Below, in pieces: positions 55,701-64,000 of a DNA stretch of 64,000 nucleotides. The notes beneath the pieces are model-generated. The model searched no databases, was not told the DNA's origin, and worked only from the letters and a program-made list of their open reading frames with translations. The stretch is from contig NIVC01003154.1 in NCBI GenBank assembly GCA_002269645.1, forward strand, positions 52,235 to 116,234, given 5' to 3'. Position numbers and translations under genes: made by a program. The DNA is from Macrostomum lignano (lineage: Eukaryota). The first letter of the stretch is position 1. The number at the start of each line of letters is the position of its first letter.

Positions 55701-58406
55701 ATCGCTGTGCAGCATCAGCGACTGCAGCAGCGCCCCTCGACGCTCTCTAAACATGCGAATCCTGGAGTCTAAGTACAGAGCCACGCTCTTGGTGAAGGTG
55801 GTCAGCAGGAACGGATGATTTAAGAAGCTGAATGGCGGCATTTCGTCTCGTTGACGATTTGCCAAAGTTGGCGATCGATCCGATTCTAGAAAAAAATTGT
55901 AGTCGCGATCAACTGACATCAGTTCGTTTAAAGTGTCGTTGATGAATTCTTCGTCCGGGATGGCCGGGCGGATGCAGTCGGCTGGGCGACGAAAGCAGAG
56001 CTGTTCGGCCAGAGGGTCCGGCTTCCACAGCTGGTGGCCTTGACGGCGGCGGTCGGGCAGGTTAGTCTGGGGGCGATTGTCAGGGTGGTTTGATGTCGAT
56101 TGTCAGCGTGGTTTGGTGTCGATTGTCGGGGTGGTTTGATTTCGATTGTCAGGGTGGTTTGATGTCGATTGTCAGGGTGGTTTGGTGTCGATTGTCGGGG
56201 TGGTTTGATTTCGATTGTCAGGGTGGTTTGATGTCGATTGTCAGGGTGGTTTGGTGTCGATTGTCAGGGTGGTTTGGACCGATCCTCAGGCGGTGTCGAG
56301 ACCGTTTTCAATGTGGCTAAAGGACGATTTTTACGAGTACAGTAAATAATTTCTTCAAGGTGATTTTCTATCCAGCCTCAACTCCGTTGCAGAATCGCAC
56401 AGAAACCTCACCCGATCGTAGAGAGCATTGAGCGAAGCCAAGAATGTCTCCGTCTTCTCCCGCTCTCGGGCCAATGCCTGTCTAGAGTCAACATCTCCGA
56501 GCAGACCAGATGCGTAATAAACCAGCTTAATAACTCGACAGACATCGCAAATCACTGCGTCTTCGTTTAAACTGCGCTCTGACTCCTCGCCAGCCTCATT
56601 CTCCATCAGTAGACAGCGCAAAGTCAGGAGCTGCATCAGCACTAGCAGCAGCATGCGCAGATCCTCCACTGTTTTGTGCCGGCACCAGAAATGAATCTGA
56701 GTTGCATTTGTGGTGTTAATAACTAGATTATGCTGTAACTAATATTACGAATTATAATTTCAACGGAATGTATACTGAAACTATATGTTCAACGAGGCTA
56801 TGGGAAATCCCTTGATTATACCCATGTACATTGTGACCAACGGGAATCCCCTAGACTAAACCCATGTACATTGAGACCAACGGGAATCCCATAGACTATA
56901 CCCATGTAAATTTAGACCAACGGGAATCCCCTAGACTAAACCCATGTACATTGAGACCAACGGGAATCCCATAGACTATACCCATGTAAATTTACACAAA
57001 CGGAATCCTCTAGACTATACCCATGTACATTGAGACCAACGGGAATCCTCTAGACTATACCCATGTACATTGAGACCAACGGGAATTCCTAGACTACACC
57101 CCATATTCATTAAGACCAACGGGAATCCCCTAGACTATACCCATGTTCACTGAGACCAACGGGAATCCCTGGACTGTATCCATGTACATTGAGACTATCG
57201 GAAATCCCTAGATCCCAACTAGTGTACATTGGAGTCACTTGGAATCCTTATATTCTAGCCATGTACATTTGAAGAATCTAAATAGTACATAGATAGACAG
57301 TAGAGATAAAACTGGGGCTGACAAAAGAGACAGTCATAGGTGCAGATTCGAACTGAAGCAATGCACAATTAGTATCTAAACAATATTGCACGAACCAGGG
57401 CAGCCTGATGCTCTGTAGGCAGCCGACCAGCCAGCATGCATATTGACGGCACCACAGTTTCCATATTGTTCGGATCGAATAGCACAGAGAATTCAAACAG
57501 TACAGCAGCGACGCACAGATGCAAGGGTCTAGGATGATCCGACAGTTCTAATCGAACTTGGCGGCAAAGAAAGTTCACGGAACCGCACAGGGGATCCATC
57601 ACGGATTTCTCGTAAGGAATCAACCGCGTGAGAGTGTGCACGCAGTGAACATCGATACGGGCCAGAGCATCGGCCGCATTCTTCTCAGACAGTTCGCTCT
57701 CGTGCTTCTCGTGGACACCGTCGTCGTCGACGCCGTGCGACGGTCTGAAAGCTTCGACGGTGCGCTCTGGCGAGGTGAACACGCTGCTGAGCAGGCGGAT
57801 CAACGGCTGCTTGTCTGGCTGGCCGGACATCCGACGCAAGGTGGCCTCGTTGAACACTTCGTCAATTGGAGGAGGCGAAGGCAGCGGCTGTTGCGGCTGG
57901 TTAAGCCTAACCGACTCGCTCTGATTCTCATTCATAGCTGACGAATTATGGGACTCTACAGTTTGCATCCCCAGCACCTCGCGGTTCGGTGTTGGAGCAA
58001 AAGCCACCGCTGCTGCTGCACCAACCTCGCTATCGTCAATGTCCATCATAGCCATTGCTGCCCCTTCGCTGACGCTACCAACGCTGCTTCTGCTTTCGCC
58101 GCCTCCGCCGCTGCCGCCGCCAGAACTTTCCAGCACAATGGGCGGCGACACGGACCTCTTGCCTGAATTTGATGAAGTCTGCCTCACAAGACTGGCATTG
58201 CCGCAGACTTCAGTATCTGATTTGGCCAATTCTACAGCCAGCAAAGCCAAAGAATTCTTATTTCCACCCAGTTGAGAGTGCCGAAACTGCTGACTAGATG
58301 CACAATGCGGACTCAAGCAGCTGGCGTCGCCGCATCCAACTGTGAGTCTTTGAAAATGATCTTTGATGCTGATGGCAATTCGTTCTCGAGATGAAGACGC
58401 TGCCAT
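49781..58406 (-). CDS. UBE3A: Ubiquitin-protein ligase E3A (E6AP), AZUL + HECT domains, 911 aa
   Basis: 8 phase-consistent exons: 58406-57396, 56696-56412, 56066-55653, 54950-54585, 52687-52523, 51925-51770, 50874-50657, 49901-49781 (2736 nt). AZUL Zn finger [14 protein letters not shown]...VC; HECT motifs [40 protein letters not shown], catalytic [17 protein letters not shown] and C-terminal KGFGML*. Confidence 0.97.
49950..50635. repeat. 49-bp minisatellite (UBE3A intron 7)
   Basis: GATTGAGGACATTGTCAGACATAAATAACAGATCACACTACTGACAGTA units. Confidence 0.95.
50908..51225. repeat. 24-26-bp minisatellite (UBE3A intron 6)
   Basis: GGGTGAGCTGGCTGTGTCAGACTC(AT) units. Confidence 0.95.
51275..51715. 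repeat. 24-bp minisatellite (UBE3A intron 6)
   Basis: TGTGTCAGACAGAAGTTGACAGCT units. Confidence 0.95.
51985..52465. repeat. 41-44-bp minisatellite (UBE3A intron 5)
   Basis: CTCTGTAGATACCCATGTACCCAATTCCACCACCAGTTAATCAC units. Confidence 0.95.
52800..54566. repeat. 26-bp minisatellite (UBE3A intron 4)
   Basis: CCATCAACCAAGAGAAATTCCCCAGT units. Confidence 0.95.
55020..55652. repeat. 40-bp minisatellite (UBE3A intron 3)
   Basis: CAAAGGACCATAGACAGTCTACCATCATCAAAGCTACAGA units, running up to the donor GT. Confidence 0.95.
56075..56275. repeat. ~23-bp degenerate repeat (UBE3A intron 2)
   Basis: GATTGTCAGGGTGGTTTGATGTC units. Confidence 0.85.
56800..57240. repeat. 40-bp minisatellite (UBE3A intron 1)
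   Basis: CCCATGTACATTGAGACCAACGGGAATCCCCTAGACTATA units. Confidence 0.9.
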
Positions 58407-59419
58407 TTGTCCTTTGATGCTTCTTATGCTCTAGAGACAGTCTTAGTAACTGGTTGAGTCCAATGAAAAATGAATAAGTGGGCATTTTTGCAAAAATATA
58501 ATGGAAAACATTGATTTTGTTACATATCTTGCTTCAAGGTGAGAATGAGATTAAAAAGTTTTGGATTATATTTCTATTCTTATAATCCCTATAGTGCAAA
58601 TTTTAAATGGTTCAAATTAATATTATTAACAAAAATTGATAATGCAATCATTAATTAACATTACTATTATTAAACTAATATTAGCCTTTAATTAATAGTA
58701 ATATATATATTTATCAATTTATATGTATACAATATGCTATATATCATATATGCGCAACCCCCCTGATTTACACTAACTATGCAACCTACTTTTTGACCAA
58801 AAATGCAATTTACCTATAAAAGAAACCCTAAAGCAAAATTAACACAATTTTGAGTAAATGGCAAGAGTATTACTGTCTTATTAAGGCTAAATGCCTTATC
58901 ATCTAATTAGTAGTATCTATATTTTAGGTAGGTATTTTTGCAACTTACCTTTTGGTCTACCACAATTTATAGTGGCTAGATCAGCCAGGTTGGCCAGCAG
59001 TTGTGCATGAACACTAATATGATACAAATATAGAATTAGGCTTATAAAAAGCTAAGGATTCTGGCTATATAAAAATTTATAGATATAAAGGTTTTTAAGC
59101 AGAATATATAAATATAGATATTGTTCTAGAAATGTAATATTTCTTATTTTTAGTTCTTATATTGGCCAACTAATAAATAAGACTTAGCTATTTTTCTTGT
59201 ACAATTAATAAATGAGACTTATTATTATTAATGACTAATAGCCTTAATTAGAAAAATGTTATAATATTTTTAATAGGACCTACTTTGATTTAATATTTTA
59301 TGATTTAATGATTTATAAGTTCTATGTTAGAAGAATAAAAAAGTATTTTTGAAAAATATATAAAATAGAAATATCTATAATTCTATATGGCTTAGATAAT
59401 AAGCCTAGACTCCTAGAGA

Positions 59420-60119
59420 GGATTACAGTTGTTTTGGTGACAAGATGTTTTGGTGATAGTCATTTTGGTGACAAGCAAAAGTCATTTTGGTGACAAGACA
59501 AATACTTTTTAGTAAAAGCTATTTTGTTTTTAAAAAGTAAAATTACCTAGTGCAAATCTTAAGGGATCTCAAACCTTAACTTTTCAATCATTTTCTACAA
59601 TGGTTAAGTATTGCTTTCTTTAATTTTGTTTATATAAAATTCTAAAGTTGCAATCTTTTGAATTTATATGTTTTCTAATCCAATTAAACCAATTGTCAAT
59701 TATGTCTAGTCTAGTGAATATCTCTGCTTTTCTCATAGTCAGCATTTCATGAGGATTCTCTATAGGTTTATGGTTTATGTGTCTGAATATTCTGGGACAA
59801 TTCAAAACAATCTGCATAGAAAGAAAACCATCAAATAATCAAATAAAAGAAATCAAATAAGAGTTTGATTTCTTTTTCCTACAACTAATCTTTTGAAGGA
59901 AATTTTCAAATATGAACAAAGCATAAATCTTAACAAAATAACTATAAGCTGATATTATAAAGCACCTCCTGTCACAAAAAATGATTATACTTATAAACTT
60001 TATAATTTTTTATAAAAAATAAAGTGTCTCTATAACAAAAGCAACTTATCACTGAAACAACTATTTGTTGCCGAAATATCTGTCAATAAAACGACTTGTC
60101 ACCAAAATAACTGGTATCC
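59420..60119. mobile_element. 700-bp non-autonomous DNA transposon (MITE), GG..CC termini, 8-bp TSD
   Basis: Left TIR GGATTACAGTTGTTTTGGTGACAAG; right TIR reverse complement GGATACCAGTTATTTTGGTGACAAG; direct repeat CCTAGAGA at 59412-59419 and 60120-60127; subterminal TTTTGGTGA motif repeated four times on the left. Confidence 0.8.
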
Positions 60120-61566
60120 CCTAGAGAGAGGCTATATTATATAGGCCCTATTATATAATATTTCATAAGGCATAGTAATATTAATTTAATAATTTAATTA
60201 TTATTAATTTAATAAGACTAACAAAACCTAAAAAGTAAAATAAATAGGCCTAGATTGCAATTAAATCTAAGTCACTTGGATTTAGAACTAATCATTGAGT
60301 GTGCATTTAGGCCCAAGTCTTAAGCAAAAGCCAAAGCCCAAAGCCAAAGGTAGATTAAAAAAATATGTTATATATCTAACAAAGTCAAGACCAAAATTTA
60401 TTAGGGCCTAGGATTATAACATAGGGAATAGATCCTATGCCTAGGCCTACAGAGCAATTTTCAACTAAACTAGAGTCTAGAATTAATAATGCCTACCTAA
60501 ATTTTTGTTAGACCTATTAGGCCTACACTAAGCTCCAGACTCAGTCTTCTGGGGCTGGGGCCTGGGGCATGTCTAAGCATATGATTAGGGCCTAGGCCTA
60601 GGAAATCGAAAGGGAATAACTTATTAAGTTAAATAAGGCCCAAAGTTAATGCTTTGAACTTTGTTCAGTTCAGTCACAGCCTGACTAGACAGGTAACAGG
60701 TTTAAAAACAATCCGGCTTCTCGCATTTTCTAATTTACAATCAAATGACAAACCAAGCTGCTGCAGTCAGTCAGGCAATAGGCCTGGGCTCCTAACAAAA
60801 AAATATTATGCTAAATTTGTAGCATCAATACGAAATATTTTTGTTCACATGACGAAGAGTCTGTTCATTTCGTTCAGTTCAGGTATACTTACTTCTTGGA
60901 TCATTTCGATATTTCATTTCATCGGCCGGCGCAGTTTAATTTCAGTTTGTTCCGCGAAAGTCGATTCACACCGGCATTTCGCAATGCATGTCAAACACTT
61001 AAAAATGTCACTTTCATTGCTTAATTGCTTAAGATTAAGTTCAACAGCATTGTATTATAACTCCTTTATGAAAAAAAAACGAAACAAAATATTTTCATTT
61101 CTTGGAGGAGAAGGGTATTTAGCTCCTAAGGATTTACGAATATAATTCTGGCTTAACAAATGATTCTTCCCTTTTACGTCGGTATAATTTTATTTAATGA
61201 CTCTAGTAGATTTTTTCAAGCGTAAGTCTAGAGTATATATTATATAATTTTCAAAAAGTACATTTTTGAGCTTGTTAATAGAGTCACCTCTAGGCTTTAA
61301 ATCGTATCTATTTTAGATTTTTTCATTTGATTGGGTAGACGTGTGACGTGCATTTCGTATGTTTTGTGTTTTAGATCATGCGGGTGGTTTTAATTGTAAT
61401 TGCTCGGTAATAATTTCTGAGTATAGTATCTATAACATCCAATGAAATAAATTGTCACATACTAAATAAGGCAATAATTTATTGCTCAACTTTCAACCAA
61501 ATCTAGCTAGTCCAAATTTCATTGAACCAGAAATTTCTTATCATTATCCCTAGCAATATAAAGCTT

Positions 61567-63187
61567 ATGGAAGACGCTACGAACGCAAATACATCCCTTG
61601 TTGAGGTCACAGAAGTTGTTGCTGCAGTAAAGCGACTGGGTGAACTGAGTAAGTCATGTAATTGTCACTAAATTGTCACTTGAATATTAATTAATCAATC
61701 GCTGCATGGATCGGTAATTTGTATTTTAGGCGAAAGAATGAAAACAAAAGCACTCGGATTTAGTGAAAAAGACATTGGGCACATTGACAACATTATCGAT
61801 GCTCTTCATGAGCTGGTAAGAAAATTGCATAGTACAACCTCCTGGTCCCATAAATTAGGCGGTTTAATCAATCATTAAAAACGCGCCTTTTGACAGGAAT
61901 TACACAAATGCAACGCAAAGGACGTATTGGAGACAGAGACAATTAAATGCGCTGCTGTACGGCACAAACTGATGCACTTTCCGGACGAGATCAACAGAGA
62001 AATTCACGGTAAATTCAAGTGCATTGGCTGTCTAGAATCAAAGTTTGCTATTCTCACTTTATGTTTTTTTAATCTGGACACTTTAGAAGCTGTACTGGTT
62101 GCCAGACAGAGCAATGAGGCCTTCATCGACCGAGTCAAGAAGCAACTGGAACAATTGCAATGCGAAACTGACCAAGTGGAACAGCAGGCAACTAAAGTTG
62201 AGGCAGAGAACAACGCGCTAAGGTCGGGGAATTGCTTCTAATTGCTTTTAAATGCTTTTAAATGCAGCTATTAGCTAAGCTTATGGAATTCTATTGAAGA
62301 TTCAATTATTTAATTTTCTAGTCCAGATCTCACCTCGGTACAACTTCTTGAAGAAAAATAGACACTCAACTAAATTTCCGTATCCTTGAGGTTGTTGCAT
62401 CATCGTTTTACTCTTCTAATAGTGGTTCCTATGTACTAAAACTTATGTACTAAAAGTACATTGAGCTTCCGTAAAATTTACAGGCCGGAACTTGACAGCC
62501 TCAAAGAGGCTCACGACGCTAATTTCGTCCGCCTTAACGAGCTCCTGGCAGAGAAGGCTGCCAGACAGATCGAGTTGAATGAAATGCGAGAATCCATTCG
62601 CAGAGCGAGCTCAAGGATTGTAGACCTAGAAGAGGACACGGTGCTGCTGGCTGAGCAAATGGTTGAAGAGCGGCAGCAATACGCGGACACCATGCGGAGC
62701 ATTCGGGAACAAACGGTGATGACGGAGAATGGAATATGTAATATTAGGGGGGGGGGGCAGAGCAGCTCTGCGGTAAACTGCGGTAATTCACACAAACTTT
62801 GGCAGCTTACCTACATGGTAATTGTGTAGTGAAGTGGCAATGAAAATGATGGGGCAAAGTTATTGATAATAATACTACTGAATTGAAAGTAGTAGGATAA
62901 CAAAAATGCTAATGCTGTCCTCATGCTTTCATATACGGGTTTTTCAATGTCGTGCAACTTTGGATGCTTGCAGAAGCTGATTGATGGACATTGTCACATG
63001 CAGTGTACCTTGGTTACACGTATACAGTCTAGTAACCGTTTCTAAAACATAATTATTCATTACACAGTATGAAGTCGAACACCAGTTGAAAGACTGCACC
63101 GACAAAGAGGACAAGAAGAGTCGAGAATTTCTGGCTGTTCACGCCACCCTCGAAGAGTCGAAATCCGAACTGGGTGAACTTGTTCAG
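61567..63187 (+). CDS. CCDC175: CCDC175-like coiled-coil protein, 5' part; continues beyond the window
   Basis: Exons 61567-61648, 61730-61815, 61897-62008, 62087-62222, 62484-~62715, 63068-63187 with compatible phases (exon 5 donor uncertain). LETETIKCAAVRHKLMHFPDEINREIHEAVLVARQSN...AHDANFVRLNELLAEKAARQIELNE aligns by eye with human CCDC175 [37 protein letters not shown]...[25 protein letters not shown] (recalled, not searched). Confidence 0.65.
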
Positions 63188-63292
63188 GTTCGTATAATTT
63201 CAAGGCTTATTAACGATATAGATAAATACATGAACCCGACAATTAAATGCCTCAGTTAGACTCTCACGTACTGTTTGACTGCCTTAAGACCT

Positions 63293-63965
63293 GTAAGGGT
63301 TTGGTTAGGGTTTGGTTTAGGTTTGGTTAGGGTTTGGTTTAGGGTTTGGTTGGGGTTTGGTTAGGGTTTGGTTTAGGTTTGGTTTAGGTTTGGTTTAGGG
63401 TTTGGTTGGGGTTTGGTTATGGTTTGGTTAGGGTTCGGTTTAGGGTTTGGTTGGGGTTTGGTTATGGTTTGGTTAGGGTTTGGTTTAGGGTTTGGTTAGG
63501 GTTTGGTTAGGGTTTGGTTTAGGTTTGGTTTAGGTTTGGTTTAGGGTTTGGTTGGGGTTTGGTTATGGTTTGGTTAGGGTTTGGTTTAGGGTTTGGTTGG
63601 GGTTTGGTTATGGTTTGGTTAGGGTTTGGTTTAGGGTTTGGTTGGGTTTGGTTATGGTTTGGTTAGGTTTTGGTTAGGGTTTGGTTAGGGTTTGGTTAGG
63701 GTTTGGTTAGGGTTTGGTTAGGGTTTGGTTTAGGGTTTGGTTGGGGTTTGGTTATGGTTGGTTAGGTTTTGGTTAGGTTTGTTAGGGTTTGGTTGGGGTT
63801 TGGTTGGGTTTGGTTTTAGGGTTTGGTTGGGGTTTGGTTTAGGGTTTGGTTAGGGTTTGGTTAGGGTTGGTTTAGGTTTGGTTTAGGTTTGGTTTTAGGT
63901 TTGGTTGGGGTTTGGTTTAGGTTTGGTTAAGTTTGGTTAGGTTTTGGTTAGATAAGGTTTAGGGC
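63293..63965 (+). repeat. Telomere-like G-rich 11-12-bp repeat in a CCDC175-like intron
   Basis: GGTTAGGGTTT/GGTTTAGGGTTT units containing TTAGGG; unique sequence resumes at ~63966. Confidence 0.9.
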
Positions 63966-64000
63966 ATAATTAGGGTCAAAGATCATATAAACACCGGCAA

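Noticed and set aside
61545-61557. X-box-like TATCCCTAGCAAT upstream of the CCDC175-like start
   Set aside because: Four mismatches to GTTGCCTAGCAAC; too weak to call.
63293-63965. True chromosome telomere
   Set aside because: Period is 11-12 bp rather than 6, it lies within a gene, and unique sequence follows.

Overview
Eukaryotic (animal) genomic DNA with GC-rich exons, AT-rich intergenic DNA and an intronic tandem repeat in most large introns; the style suggests a flatworm such as Macrostomum (inference, not verified). Five spliced protein-coding genes were reconstructed by hand from GT-AG boundaries and reading phase: the 5' part of a JIP3/JIP4 (Sunday driver/UNC-16) kinesin adaptor (-, runs off the window start), a complete ~1522-aa WDR87/WDR97-like WD40 protein (+, 20 exons), a TRPA1 channel (-, at least 18 exons), a complete 911-aa UBE3A/E6AP HECT ligase (-, 8 exons) and the 5' part of a CCDC175-like coiled-coil gene (+). 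About 40 tandem arrays are present, plus a dead mariner fragment, a tRNA-Glu-derived SINE, two hAT-like MITE copies, an intact GG-ended MITE with an 8-bp TSD and two foldback elements. Most long ORFs in the supplied track are artefacts of tandem repeats. I found no prokaryotic-type system and no evidence for a wholly new multi-gene system. The best leads are a JIP microexon cluster, a ~75-aa pore-turret insertion in TRPA1, an RFX X-box at the likely TRPA1 start, and a 1329-bp higher-order repeat inside a TRPA1 intron.
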